A stretch of DNA of 64,000 nucleotides. It comes from Alistipes sp. (GTDB lineage Bacteria > Bacteroidota > Bacteroidia > Bacteroidales > Rikenellaceae). Position 1 is the stretch's first letter. Each line of letters begins with the position of its first letter. The stretch is taken from the NCBI GenBank assembly GCA_048465795.1, contig DBFWKV010000033.1:598-64597 (forward strand). Reading direction: 5' to 3'. A program made the position numbers and the translations under genes. Shown here piece by piece: positions 48,138 through 58,487 of this stretch. The notes beneath the pieces are model-generated. The model was not told the DNA's origin and did not search any database. It saw nothing but the letters and a program-made list of their open reading frames with translations.

Positions 48138-49105
48138 CAGTCGAAAAATCCGTTGCTGTCGTTCGTGTTTTGCGCAGGCGCATCGTCCCCGGCGGGTTCC
48201 GTGCCGGGCAGCGACGCACGGGAGGCTTCCAGCGAGTCGGCCTGCTCCTGCAACTCCTGCCGGCGCTGTTCGGCGAGGGCTTTGGCCAGCTTCTCGGCCG
48301 TGCTGCGGTTGGTCTCCACCTTTTCCGTGTCGAGTGTCAGGCGCAGTTCGACCTTCGCGCCGAGCTGTGCGCCGCGTTCCGCGTCGGGCGACTGCATGTA
48401 AACGCGGGCGTCCTTCTGGTTCAAAAGGTTCACACCCGGATCGAACGTCACCTTGCCCACGTTGAGGCCCGTTTCCCAGAGGCGGCTCTTCGCTTCGCGG
48501 AGCGGCCGGCCGACCAATTGCGGCACGACCGTCGTGCCGTAACCGCCTTCGACTCCCACATGGAGCGTCACCCCGGAACCCATTTCCGCCCGGATGCGGC
48601 TTTCGGGCCGCACGGGGCGTCCTTCGAAGTACTCTTCCAGCACGTAGTTGGTGGCGATATCGGTGCGGTAAACCAGTTCCTCGATCTCCAGTCCGCCGAT
48701 CTCCAGCATATTCTTGGCCTGCCTCAGCGAGCGGCCCGCCACATAGGGCACTTCGACCATTTTCTGCCGGTAGGAGTTGATCGTCACGTAGACCGTGCGG
48801 CCCGGTTTCACGCCCACGCCCCGCTCGGGCAGCTGGTCGAGGACGATGCCTCCGTCATAAGCGGGTACGAACAGCGAGTCGTTGACACAGAGGTCGAGGT
48901 CGTGCTGCCGTGCCAGTTCGTGCGCCTTTTCGAGTGGCATGCCCGCGAAGTCGGGCACCGCGCGCCGCGCGCCGTGGCGCGTGCCGATCTGCATGGCGAT
49001 GTGTGCCACGATGGCCATTGCGGCGAACAGGATGGCTATCAGCACCAGGTTGTAAGCTACGGGATGCTGTTTGAGCCGGTTCAGGTATTGAGCGGGTTTC
49101 TTCAT
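48137..49105 (-). CDS. PASTA domain-containing membrane protein
   Basis: N-terminal TM; VPDF, VPYVAG and VPQLVG repeats; next to rluD. Confidence 0.85.
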   Translation of the reverse strand: MKKPAQYLNRLKQHPVAYNLVLIAILFAAMAIVAHIAMQIGTRHGARRAVPDFAGMPLEKAHELARQHDLDLCVNDSLFVPAYDGGIVLDQLPERGVGVKPGRTVYVTINSYRQKMVEVPYVAGRSLRQAKNMLEIGGLEIEELVYRTDIATNYVLEEYFEGRPVRPESRIRAEMGSGVTLHVGVEGGYGTTVVPQLVGRPLREAKSRLWETGLNVGKVTFDPGVNLLNQKDARVYMQSPDAERGAQLGAKVELRLTLDTEKVETNRSTAEKLAKALAEQRRQELQEQADSLEASRASLPGTEPAGDDAPAQNTNDSNGFFD

Positions 49106-49131
49106 ATCTTTTCGGTGTGTGTTGCGGCGGT

Positions 49132-50235
49132 TTATTTCGGGGCCTTCCGGTAGAGGTAGACCGCGATGACGAAGTAGATGAGGTTGGGCAGCCAGACCGC
49201 CAGGCCGGGCGGCAGCGAACCGCTCTTGGCGAACTCCTCGAAGAAACGGTTGAAGAGGATGTACGAGAAGCAAAGTCCCGTTCCGATGCCGATGTGCAGT
49301 CCCGTGCCGCCGCGCACCTTGCGCGAGGAGAGCGAAACGCCGATCAGCGTCAGGATGAAGGTCGAAAGGGGATAGGCGTAGCGCGTGTGCCGCTCCACCT
49401 CGATCAGGTTGATGGCGTCGGAGCCTTTGGCTCGCTGCTGCTCCAGAAAGGTCGTCAGCTCGCCGATCTTCATGGTCTGGATCAGTTCGCTGATGCGGCC
49501 CAGCTCGGTGACTTCCAACCGGATGAGCGTGTCGAGGTTGCGGTATTGGTTGAAGGTCTCCCCTGCGAGCGAGTCGAACTCCCGCGTGGTGTAGCGCGGC
49601 GCCGTCCAGCGTTTGGTCTCGGGGTCGAACGTCACGTCGGCCGCTTCGAGCGAGTGGGTCATCGTACCGCTGTCGTAGTGCTCCAGGGCGAAGAACGACG
49701 CCTTGCTGGTCGCCTCGTTATAACCCCGGATGTAGGCGTAGGTGCCCGGCTCGATCTGCCGGTAGATGTGCCGGTCGAACTGCACGCGCTGCCGCCGCTT
49801 GATGTGCTGCAGCTCGAAGGCCACCTGTTTCTTCTGCGAGACGGGAATCACCCACAGGTTGAGCGACAGCGATAACGTGGCGATGGCCAGCGCCCCCAGG
49901 AAGTAGGGCCACATGAGCCGTTTGAACGACATGCCGCCCGAGAGCATCGCCACGATTTCGGTCTGGTAGGCCATCTTCGAGGTGAAGAAGATGCAGGCGA
50001 TGAAGGTGAACAGACCGCTGAACTGGTTGATGAAAAAGGGGATGAAGTTGACGTAGTAGTCGAGGATCACCTCTTTCAGCTCGGCCTTCGTCTCGGTGAA
50101 GTCGTCGATTTTCTCCACGTAGTCGAAGATCACCACGATGACGATGATCATGGCGATTGCGAAGAAGTAGGTCGAGAGGAACTTCCCCAGTATGTAGCGG
50201 TCGAGGATCTTGAATCCCGGAAACTTGAGTTTCAC
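49132..50235 (-). CDS. LptF/LptG family LPS export permease
   Basis: ILDRYI, TEIVAMLSGGMS, AVWLPN; follows tgt. Confidence 0.9.
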   Translation of the reverse strand: MKLKFPGFKILDRYILGKFLSTYFFAIAMIIVIVVIFDYVEKIDDFTETKAELKEVILDYYVNFIPFFINQFSGLFTFIACIFFTSKMAYQTEIVAMLSGGMSFKRLMWPYFLGALAIATLSLSLNLWVIPVSQKKQVAFELQHIKRRQRVQFDRHIYRQIEPGTYAYIRGYNEATSKASFFALEHYDSGTMTHSLEAADVTFDPETKRWTAPRYTTREFDSLAGETFNQYRNLDTLIRLEVTELGRISELIQTMKIGELTTFLEQQRAKGSDAINLIEVERHTRYAYPLSTFILTLIGVSLSSRKVRGGTGLHIGIGTGLCFSYILFNRFFEEFAKSGSLPPGLAVWLPNLIYFVIAVYLYRKAPK

Positions 50236-50509
50236 AATTAAAATTGAGAATTAAAAATTCAAAATTATTTTTCGGTCGTCGGCTTGCGGCTTTTTCGGGA
50301 GGCCGCAACCGATTTCCGGTTTCTGTAAAAATATATCCGCCGCTTCTCAGCGCTGTGCCGGGTTCCTTGCTTCCGTTGCAAGGCATGCGGATGCCGACGA
50401 ACGCGACCACTGCGGCCGCTGCCCTCGCCTGCGGCCGTGGAAGGGTTTTCGCTTTCCGGGGAATCCGGTCTTTTGTACCTTTTAACTTCGCTTCGCTCGG
50501 TTTCCTCCT

Positions 50510-50612
50510 TCTTGCGCGGCATAGCCTGCACATCTCGTCAGGCTCGATGACCGCTCTGCCCTCGCTTATCGAAAACGTTCCACTTTCACTTTTCCCCTTT
50601 CACTTTTCACTT
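50510..50612 (-). repeat. Bulged-hairpin repeat variant plus heptamer tract just after the tgt stop
   Basis: ctctgccctcgcttatcgaaaacgttccactttcacttttc. Confidence 0.75.
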
Positions 50613-50615
50613 GGT

Positions 50616-51752
50616 CTACAGCCTGCGCTGCAGTTTTTCCACCATCGTCTCCTTCCAGGGGGTGAAGTCCCCGGCCATGATATGCTCGCGGGCCATCGTG
50701 ACCAGCCGCAGGTAGAAGGCGATGTTGTGCAGCGAGGCGATCTGCGCCGCCAGCATCTCGCCGCACGTCACCAGGTGGTGCAGGTAGGCCTTCGAGTAGT
50801 GCGTATCGACGAACGCCGTACCCTCTGAGTCGATGGGCGAGAAGTCGTCCTCCCATTTCTTGTTGCGGATGTTGATCACCCCCTCGGCCGTGAAAAGCTG
50901 CCCGTTGCGGCCGTTGCGCGTGGGCATCACGCAGTCGAACAGGTCCACCCCGCGGGCGATGCCTTCGAGGATGTTGACCGGCGTTCCGACGCCCATCAGA
51001 TAACGGGGTTTGTCTGCGGGAAGTATGGCGTTGACCACTTCGATCATCTCGTACATCACGGGGGTGGGTTCGCCGACCGCCAGCCCGCCGATGGCGTAGC
51101 CGTCGGCGTCGTACTGCTGCACGTTCTCCGCCGCGTGCGCCCTCAGATCGGGGTAGGTGCAGCCCTGCACGATGGGGAACAGGGCCTGGTAGTGGCCGTA
51201 CTTCGGTTCCGTCTGATGGTAGCGGTCGAAGCAGCGGTCGAGCCAGCGCTCCGTCAGGGCCAGCGATTTGGCCGCATAGTCGCGCGGAGCGTCGCCCGGG
51301 GGACATTCGTCGAAGGCCATCATGATGTCGGCACCGATCGTCCGCTCGGTGTCGATCACGCTCTCGGGCGTGAAGAGGTGTTTCGAGCCGTCGATATGCG
51401 AGCGGAAGTGGCACCCCTCCTCCTTGAGCTTGCGGCACCCGGCGAGCGAAAAGACCTGGAAGCCGCCGCTGTCGGTGAGCATCGGCCCGTCCCAGGTCGA
51501 GAAACGGTGTACGCCGCCCGCCCGTTCGAGGATGTCCATGCCCGGGCGCAGGTAGAGGTGGTAGGTGTTGGCCAGAATGATCTGTGCCCGCGCCTCCTCG
51601 CGCACGTCGCGGTGGAAGATGCCCTTCACCGTGGCCGCCGTGCCTACGGGCATGAAGATCGGTGTGCGGATGACGCCGTGATCGGTGTGCAACTCTCCCG
51701 CGCGGGCGTTCCCGGCGGGGTCTTTATGCTGTAAGGTGAATTTCATACTCAT
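50616..51752 (-). CDS. tgt: tRNA-guanine transglycosylase
   Basis: FMPVGT, TDSGGFQV, YLMGVG, DCVMPTRNGRNG. Confidence 0.97.
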   Translation of the reverse strand: MSMKFTLQHKDPAGNARAGELHTDHGVIRTPIFMPVGTAATVKGIFHRDVREEARAQIILANTYHLYLRPGMDILERAGGVHRFSTWDGPMLTDSGGFQVFSLAGCRKLKEEGCHFRSHIDGSKHLFTPESVIDTERTIGADIMMAFDECPPGDAPRDYAAKSLALTERWLDRCFDRYHQTEPKYGHYQALFPIVQGCTYPDLRAHAAENVQQYDADGYAIGGLAVGEPTPVMYEMIEVVNAILPADKPRYLMGVGTPVNILEGIARGVDLFDCVMPTRNGRNGQLFTAEGVINIRNKKWEDDFSPIDSEGTAFVDTHYSKAYLHHLVTCGEMLAAQIASLHNIAFYLRLVTMAREHIMAGDFTPWKETMVEKLQRRL

Positions 51753-52171
51753 ATCTAAAAGGCAAAAGTAGATAAAATAAGTGGAAAAGTGAAAAGGGAT
51801 AAGTGAAAAGTTGCTTTGCGGATAAGCGGGTAGGTGGGGTGCACGCAGTGCGGACGTCGCCCGCGCCCGGCAAAGTCAACCCATTAGGGAGCAGGGTCTC
51901 CTCCCCGCAGCAGGTGTCCGAACCGTCCGGTGCCGTGCGGCAGGCTGCTGCCGATCTGCGGAGTAAGTGCGGAACCTGCCCGCCGTTTTTGCCTTGCATG
52001 GAGGAGAAAAAGGAACTCTGCGCCGCCCGGGGGCGGCCGGCGTGCGCGAAGTGGAGATGCAGGCTGCCGCAGGCAGCGCCTGAAAAAAACCGGCGGCTTC
52101 CGCCCGAAATTTTCACTTTTCACGTCTCACCTTTCCACTTTTCACTTATCTTTGCCCATATTTACACGACT

Positions 52172-53326
52172 ATGCAATTCTTCGAAACATTATTTGCCTG
52201 CTACGGCTGGGCGGGGCTTGCACTGGGTGCGGCGCTGCTTCTGCTTTTCGCCGTGCAGCTGTGGTACTATATTTTCGCTTACGGGCGCATTCCGGCCTAC
52301 AAAAACAGCCGCCGGCCGTCGGTGCTGAACGCGGAGCCTCCGGTGTCGGTGGTCATTCCGATGTTCTCCGAGGATTACGCCTTCACCGAAGAGCGCCTGC
52401 CGCTGATCCTGGCGCAGAACTACCCCGACTTCGAGGTGGTGATCGTCTATGTAGGGCAGGATACGGACTTCTACGCCGAGTTGACAGGACTGAATCAGAC
52501 CTTCGCGCAGGTGACGGTGACCAAAATCCACCTCGATCCCCGTTTCCCGATCTCGCGCAAGATGGCGCTCAACGTGGGGATTAAATCCGCGCACTACGAA
52601 CACCTCGTTTTTTCGTCGACGGACGCCTACCCCCAGAGCGACCGGTGGCTGGCGCTGATGGCCAAAGGCTTCACCAAAGGGGAGATCGTGCTGGGTTACT
52701 GCGGTATCGAACGCGGCAGGGGTTTTGCCAACTACATGATGCGCACGTGGCGGATGATGCACGCTGCGGACTGGATCGCCCGTGCCGTGCGCCGGCGTCC
52801 CTACCGGGGCACGCTGCACAACCTGGGGATGACCAAACGACTCTATTTCGGGGCCAACGGTTTCAGCCACCTCAATATGAACATCGGCGAGGACGACCTG
52901 TTCATGCAGCGGGTGATGACGGCGGACAACGTGAGCATTATCCTCTCGCCGCGCGCTTCGCTGCGCGAAAAGACCTGGGGCGGCTTCCGGTGGTGGATAA
53001 GCCGCCTGCGTTATTTCGGCTCGGCGTTCCGGTTCTATCCGATGCAGGTCAAGAACTTCGTGCAGTGGGAACTGGCCTCGCGCCTGCTCTTCTTTGCCAC
53101 TGTGGTCTGCGCGCTGGCCGTGATGCCGCCGGAATTCAAACTCGCGGCGTTCGTGCTGCTCGCGGCCCGCTACGCGGTCGTGGCGCTCGAAGTGCGGCGC
53201 GTGGCCCGCAGGCTCGGGGAGGCCGGCATCACGGGGCGTTATTTTCTCTATGATGTGCTGAGTCCTTTTTACGCTTTGCTGCTGGCCGTACTGCTGTTGC
53301 GCAAAGACGAACGCGTATGGAGATAG
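52172..53326 (+). CDS. Membrane glycosyltransferase family 2
   Basis: PPVSVVI, QNYPDFEV, RKMALNVG, GEDDLF; TATCTTTG upstream. Confidence 0.82.
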   Translation: MQFFETLFACYGWAGLALGAALLLLFAVQLWYYIFAYGRIPAYKNSRRPSVLNAEPPVSVVIPMFSEDYAFTEERLPLILAQNYPDFEVVIVYVGQDTDFYAELTGLNQTFAQVTVTKIHLDPRFPISRKMALNVGIKSAHYEHLVFSSTDAYPQSDRWLALMAKGFTKGEIVLGYCGIERGRGFANYMMRTWRMMHAADWIARAVRRRPYRGTLHNLGMTKRLYFGANGFSHLNMNIGEDDLFMQRVMTADNVSIILSPRASLREKTWGGFRWWISRLRYFGSAFRFYPMQVKNFVQWELASRLLFFATVVCALAVMPPEFKLAAFVLLAARYAVVALEVRRVARRLGEAGITGRYFLYDVLSPFYALLLAVLLLRKDERVWR

Positions 53327-53895
53327 ACGATTACATCGTTGCCGAAGACCGGCAGTTGGTCGACCTCGTGTTAGGGGGCGACGATGCGGCGTTCGAGTAC
53401 CTTTTCACCCGTTACCGGGAGGCGATCCACCGCCTTTTCGTGCAGCGTCTGGGCGGGGCGAACGACGCCGACGACCTGTTGCAGGAGACTTTCATCAAAG
53501 TCTACATCAACCTGCACAGGTACAGTCCCGATTACACTTTCGGGCAGTGGGTCTATACCATCGCCCGCAACACGTTCATCGACTTCGTGCGTAAGCGCCA
53601 GGACGACCTGCCGATCGACGAACGTTTCGCCGCACCCGCGTCGAGCGCCCCGACACCGGAGGAGCGGGTCATCAACAAACAGCAGCGCAAGCAGATCGAG
53701 CACTATCTCGACTGCCTCACGCCCCGTTACCGGACGCTGATCCGGATGCGTTTCTTCGACGAATACTCCTACGAGGAGATCGCCGCGAAACTTGCCTTGC
53801 CATTGGGTACGGTCAAGACGCAGATTCACCGCGCCCGGGAGCAGATGTGCCGGCTGATCACCGAAGGCGACGAACAGTTCCCGATGAAAAACTGA
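53317..53895 (+). CDS. ECF-type RNA polymerase sigma factor
   Basis: DDLLQETFIK, WVYTIARN, SYEEIA, GTVKTQIHRAR. Confidence 0.93.
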   Translation: MEIDDYIVAEDRQLVDLVLGGDDAAFEYLFTRYREAIHRLFVQRLGGANDADDLLQETFIKVYINLHRYSPDYTFGQWVYTIARNTFIDFVRKRQDDLPIDERFAAPASSAPTPEERVINKQQRKQIEHYLDCLTPRYRTLIRMRFFDEYSYEEIAAKLALPLGTVKTQIHRAREQMCRLITEGDEQFPMKN

Positions 53896-54080
53896 CAAGC
53901 GGGTTTGAGAAATAATCTTGCACGATCCTTCTGCCCGGCAGTTATTTCGGTAAGTGCCTGCGCAGGGGTGGGCGGTTCCGGGTGTTGACAACCGTGGGCG
54001 TCGGTCGCGCCTTCCGGGATGACAGCCGGACATTGGGGATGGTTCTTCCGGGTCGCCTGATTTTGAATTTTGAATGATGA

Positions 54081-54710
54081 ATGATGAATTTTGAATTGAT
54101 TTGCAACTACTTTCCCGACCTTACCGCCGAACAGCGTCGGCAGTTCGAGGCGCTCTACGGTCTCTACGCCGGGTGGAACGCCAAAATCAACGTCGTCTCA
54201 CGCAAGGACTTCGACCAGTTGTACCTGCGTCATGTGCTGCACTCGCTCGCCATTGCCAAAGTCTGTGCGTTCGAGACGGGCGCGCGCGTGCTCGACGTAG
54301 GGTGCGGCGGCGGATTCCCGAGCATCCCCCTGGCGATTCTCTTTCCCGGGGCACACTTTACGGCGGCGGACTCTATCGCCAAGAAAATCAGCGTGGTTCG
54401 GGGTGTGAGCGAGGGTCTGGGCTTGACGAACCTCGACCCCCGATGCGTGCGCGCCGAGCAGTTGACGGCCCGTTACGATTATGTCGTTTCGCGCGCCGTG
54501 ACCGATATGACGACCTTCGTGGGGTGGATCTGGAACCGTCTCGAACGCGGCCAGCGCGGCACGCTGCCCAACGGCATCCTCTACCTCAAGGGCGGCGACC
54601 TGGCCGAAGAGCTGGGCCGAACCGGCAAACGTTGGTATATCTACGATATTCCGAAGTTCTTCACGGAGGAGTTTTTCGAGACCAAAAAAGTGGTTTACAC
54701 GCCTCGTTAG
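54081..54710 (+). CDS. rsmG: 16S rRNA m7G527 methyltransferase
   Basis: WNAKINVVSR, HVLHSL, DVGCGGGFP, VSRAV, YLKG. Confidence 0.93.
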   Translation: MMNFELICNYFPDLTAEQRRQFEALYGLYAGWNAKINVVSRKDFDQLYLRHVLHSLAIAKVCAFETGARVLDVGCGGGFPSIPLAILFPGAHFTAADSIAKKISVVRGVSEGLGLTNLDPRCVRAEQLTARYDYVVSRAVTDMTTFVGWIWNRLERGQRGTLPNGILYLKGGDLAEELGRTGKRWYIYDIPKFFTEEFFETKKVVYTPR

Positions 54711-54870
54711 CAGGGGGCTTCGGGCTGCCGGACTTGTACCGCAGGTACGGGAACCTAAGACAAAAAAGCAATGTTCGATTTCTTAACGGAAGCTGCTCTC
54801 CGATGGAAATAAATGGTATACAGCACCTTCGTATCTGATCCTGCGGAAAAAGAAATGATCCCGACATATG

Positions 54871-54910
54871 AAAAATGCAGGCACGGAATGTTTTTCCGGC
54901 CTGCATTTTT
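54871..54910. terminator. Hairpin terminator between convergent genes
   Basis: aaaaatgcaggc...gcctgcattttt. Confidence 0.7.
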
Positions 54911-54929
54911 TATAATTGACTTTCGGCTT

Positions 54930-55358
54930 CTAATCGGTTTGACCTTTCGCTTTCTGCCGGTCGAGAATCGTGTCGATGTCCCGCATGAATTCTTCGGCCG
55001 AAGAAGCTCCCTGGATGCGGCCCAGCAGCTCCCCGGTGGTGTCGAAAACGAGGTACAGGGGGATGGCGCCGTTGCCGTAGCGTGCCAGCAGGTCTTTGCC
55101 GATGGCTCTGTCCGTGTCGTATTTGGCGCTGACGAAGCGTTTGTCCATGAATTCCCCGACATCCTTGCGCGAGAAAACATGCTTGTCCATCATCCGGCAG
55201 GGCGGACACCACGAAGCGTAGAGGTCGATGAAGACCCGTTTTCCGGCCTTTTCGGCCATAGACCGGACGGCGTCGGTCGATTTGGTTTCAAATTTCACCT
55301 GCGCCGGGGCGGTCACGGCGAAGCCTGCGAAGAGCAGGGCGAAAAGCAATTTTTTCAT
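54930..55358 (-). CDS. Secreted thioredoxin-family protein
   Basis: Signal peptide, WCPPC motif. Confidence 0.88.
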   Translation of the reverse strand: MKKLLFALLFAGFAVTAPAQVKFETKSTDAVRSMAEKAGKRVFIDLYASWCPPCRMMDKHVFSRKDVGEFMDKRFVSAKYDTDRAIGKDLLARYGNGAIPLYLVFDTTGELLGRIQGASSAEEFMRDIDTILDRQKAKGQTD

Positions 55359-55404
55359 GATCGGAATCTTTTTCGGTTTCCGCAGCAAATAACGAACCGG
55401 AGCG

Positions 55405-55792
55405 GGAAAGTGGAAAGTGAAAAGTGGAAAGTGAAAAGTGGAAAATTGAAAGTGGAAAGGTGAAAGGTGAAAATCGGACCCGGAACAATTCTTCAGTCGG
55501 AATAGCGACTCATCGACTTGAATTTCCGCCTTCGGCATCTTTTCCTCTTTGCGGCTCGGCAAAGCCCGCCAGCGCCCTCTGTCCTCGCCTGCCGCCCGTG
55601 CTTCGAGCGTCGGTCGCGGCCCGCCGAACCACTTGCGGCTGTTCGAAAACCTTCAGTACAGCCCGATTTTTCACTTTAAGCCTGCTGCGCAGTCTTTTCG
55701 TTTTCTGCGCTCGGCAAGGCTCGAATAAATTCGGCTCTGCCCTCGCCTGCCGCGTCGGTTCACTTTTCACTTTTCACTTTTCACTTTTCACT
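55405..55792. repeat. Composite repeat region: convergent heptamer tracts flanking minus-strand bulged-hairpin units
   Basis: GAAAAGT-type tract 55405-55473 (+), repeat units at about 55545-55765 (-), TTTTCAC tract 55759-55792. Confidence 0.8.
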
Positions 55793-56808
55793 TGTTCCGT
55801 CGTGCTCAACAGCCCGCAGGCCGCCTGGATGTCTTCGCCGCGCGAGGCACGAATGGTGGTTTGTATACCTTTGGCCGTCAGTACGTCGCGGAAACGGGTC
55901 ATCGCCGCGTCGTCGGGCGAGAAGTAGGGCGAGCCGGGAATCTTGTGAAACCGGATCAGGTTGATGCGGCATTTGATGCCGTCGAGCAGGCGGCACAGTT
56001 CGCGGATATGGCGCGGCGAGTCGTTCATGCCGCTCATCAGGATGTACTCGAACGACACGCGGCGCTGGTGCGTGAAATCGTACTCGCGCAGGATGGCCGC
56101 CACGTCGCGTATCGGCCACGCTTTTTCAACCGGCATGATGGCGGCGCGCTCCTCGGAAAAGGGGTTGTGGAGGCTCACGGCGAGGTGTACCTTCGTCGTG
56201 TCGAGCAGACGGCGCAACTGCGGCGCGACGCCCGCCGTGGAGAGCGTGATGCGCGTGGGCGACCAGGCCCAGCCCCAGTCGGCGGTGAGGATTTCCAGCG
56301 CCCGCAGCACCTCGTCGGCATTGTCCAGCGGCTCGCCCATCCCCATGAAAACCAGGTTGGTGAGCTTCTCGCGTTCGGGCAGCGAGACGATCTGATTCAT
56401 GATTTCGGCCGCCGTGAGCGAGTGACGCAGCCCCTGCCGGCCCGTGGCGCAGAAAGTGCAGCCCATGCGGCAGCCCGCCTGCGACGAGACGCAGAGCGTG
56501 GCCCGCTCGCCGTCGGGGATATAGGCCGCCTCGACGAAGGCTCCCTGCAGGGTGCGGAACAGGTATTTTTTCGTGCCGTCGGCCGACGTGCTCACCTGCA
56601 CGGGCGCCGTGAGCGCCGGGGCGAACCGTTCCGAGAGCCGCAGCCGCGCCGCAGCCGGAAGGTCGCTCATGCGCATCGGGTCTTCGGTGTGCTTCGCGTA
56701 GAGCCAGCGGGCGATCTGCTTCGCCGCGAAAGGGGCGAGTCCCGTCTCGCGGCAGAGCGCGGCGAGCGCCGCAGGGTCTTTGCCGTACAAGTATTCCTTC
56801 TTTGTCAT
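55774..56808 (-). CDS. rlmN: 23S rRNA m2A2503 methyltransferase
   Basis: CVSSQAGCRMGCTFC, MGMGEP, SLH, IQAACGLL. Confidence 0.95.
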   Translation of the reverse strand: MTKKEYLYGKDPAALAALCRETGLAPFAAKQIARWLYAKHTEDPMRMSDLPAAARLRLSERFAPALTAPVQVSTSADGTKKYLFRTLQGAFVEAAYIPDGERATLCVSSQAGCRMGCTFCATGRQGLRHSLTAAEIMNQIVSLPEREKLTNLVFMGMGEPLDNADEVLRALEILTADWGWAWSPTRITLSTAGVAPQLRRLLDTTKVHLAVSLHNPFSEERAAIMPVEKAWPIRDVAAILREYDFTHQRRVSFEYILMSGMNDSPRHIRELCRLLDGIKCRINLIRFHKIPGSPYFSPDDAAMTRFRDVLTAKGIQTTIRASRGEDIQAACGLLSTTEQVKSEK

Positions 56809-56966
56809 TCGAGTCGCCGAAACCGGTGTTTCGTGCGACAAAAGTAGCCAAAAAATAAAGATTTTTGGCCCCGGGGTGTTGATTTTCGATTTTTATCTCT
56901 ATATTTGTGATTGAATAGAGAAGGTATGCCCTTCGCTCAGTGGAGACAACATTAAAATTAGAATAA

Positions 56967-57650
56967 ATGGAAATTAAAAAATCACCCAAAGCGGACCTTC
57001 AGAACAAGCGGGGTCTTCTGCTCGAAATCGGACTTGTCGTGGCGCTCGGGCTTGTCATCGCAGCCTTTGCCTACACCCCGAAGGAGCACCGGATTGAGAA
57101 AGTGGATTTGAACTACGGCCCTGTGGAAGAGGAGATCACGGAGATCACCCGTCAGGATCAGAAGCCGCCCGAGCCTCCCAAGAAGGTTGAGGTGAAAGTA
57201 ATCGCCGACCTGCTGCAGGTGGTGACCAACGATACGAAAATCACGACGGAGGTGGACTTCGCCGAGTTCGACGAGAATACCGAAGTGATCCAGCAGGTCG
57301 AGGTGCAGGAGGAGGAGATCGTGGACGACCAGCCGTTCTTGGTTGCCGAGACGATGCCTTCGTTCCAGGGCGGCGACCTCAATACGTTCCGCAACTGGGT
57401 GCAGCAGAACGTCAAGTTCCCGCAGATTGCCCTCGAGAACGGTATTCAGGGCCGCGTGGTGCTTTCGTTCGTGATCGAGAAGGACGGTCGCCTGACCAAC
57501 ATCCAGGTGTTGCAGACCCCCGACCGCTCGCTGTCGGAAGAGGCGATCCGCGTGCTGAACAAGTCGCCGAAGTGGAAGCCCGGCAAGCAGCGTAACCAGG
57601 TGGTGCGTGTGAAGTACACCCTGCCTGTCGACTTCCGCGTGCAGAACTAA
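56967..57650 (+). CDS. tonB: Energy transducer TonB
   Basis: N-terminal TM, Pro-rich linker, MPSFQGG, GRVVLSFVI, WKPGKQR. Confidence 0.9.
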   Translation: MEIKKSPKADLQNKRGLLLEIGLVVALGLVIAAFAYTPKEHRIEKVDLNYGPVEEEITEITRQDQKPPEPPKKVEVKVIADLLQVVTNDTKITTEVDFAEFDENTEVIQQVEVQEEEIVDDQPFLVAETMPSFQGGDLNTFRNWVQQNVKFPQIALENGIQGRVVLSFVIEKDGRLTNIQVLQTPDRSLSEEAIRVLNKSPKWKPGKQRNQVVRVKYTLPVDFRVQN

Positions 57651-57751
57651 CTCCGGAAAGAAAAAAGGAATTCCGGAGGGCAGCGGCGCCGGAAATCCTT
57701 CGTTTGACATACGCTGCCCGGATTCGCTACTAACCCTTAAAACGGACTGAT

Positions 57752-58432
57752 ATGGAGTGCAAAAAATCATTCAGGGCCGATCTTAGGAACAAGAGAAGCC
57801 TTTTGTTGGAAATCGGGTTGGCCGTAGCATTGGCCCTGGTCGTTGCGGCATTCGCCTATACGCCCGACGAGTACCGAATCGGGAAGCCGGATCTGGCCTA
57901 TGCGCCGGTGGAGGTGGATATCGCCACTGTTTCTACCGAGCAGCGGGAACCCGAGCAGGCAAAGAAGCGGGTCGAGGTGAAGATCTACAACGATGTCATC
58001 GAGATCATCAAAAATGACCGGACGATCCAGACGGACATACCGTTCGACGACATCGACGAGTTTACCCTGATCGAACCCGTGAAACCGGTTGCGGAGGAGG
58101 CTACGGAAGAGGAAATTTTTGTCTTTGCCGAAACGATGCCGTCGTTTCTGGGGGGCGACCTCAATACGTTCCGTAACTGGATGATGAAGAATGTGCGGTT
58201 TCCGCAGGCAGCCCTCGACAACAACCTTTACGGACGCGTGGTACTCTCGTTCGTAATCGACAAGCAGGGGCGCCTGACCGACATCGAAGTGTTGCAGTCG
58301 CCCGACCGTTCGCTGGCTGACGAAGCCGTCCGTGTGCTGAAGCAGTCACCGAAATGGAGTCCGGGGAAGCAGCGTAACCAGGTGGTGAATGTACGTTATA
58401 CACTGCCGGTCGATTTCCGCCTGCAGCATTGA
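57752..58432 (+). CDS. tonB: Energy transducer TonB (tandem paralog)
   Basis: Colinear similarity with the upstream TonB. Confidence 0.88.
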   Translation: MECKKSFRADLRNKRSLLLEIGLAVALALVVAAFAYTPDEYRIGKPDLAYAPVEVDIATVSTEQREPEQAKKRVEVKIYNDVIEIIKNDRTIQTDIPFDDIDEFTLIEPVKPVAEEATEEEIFVFAETMPSFLGGDLNTFRNWMMKNVRFPQAALDNNLYGRVVLSFVIDKQGRLTDIEVLQSPDRSLADEAVRVLKQSPKWSPGKQRNQVVNVRYTLPVDFRLQH

Positions 58433-58451
58433 GACCGTTCAGAAAGATAAA

Positions 58452-58487
58452 AAGGGTATCCGCGTTTTACGCAGGATACCCTTATTT
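58452..58487 (+). terminator. Intrinsic terminator
   Basis: aagggtatcc...ggataccctt + attt. Confidence 0.65.
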
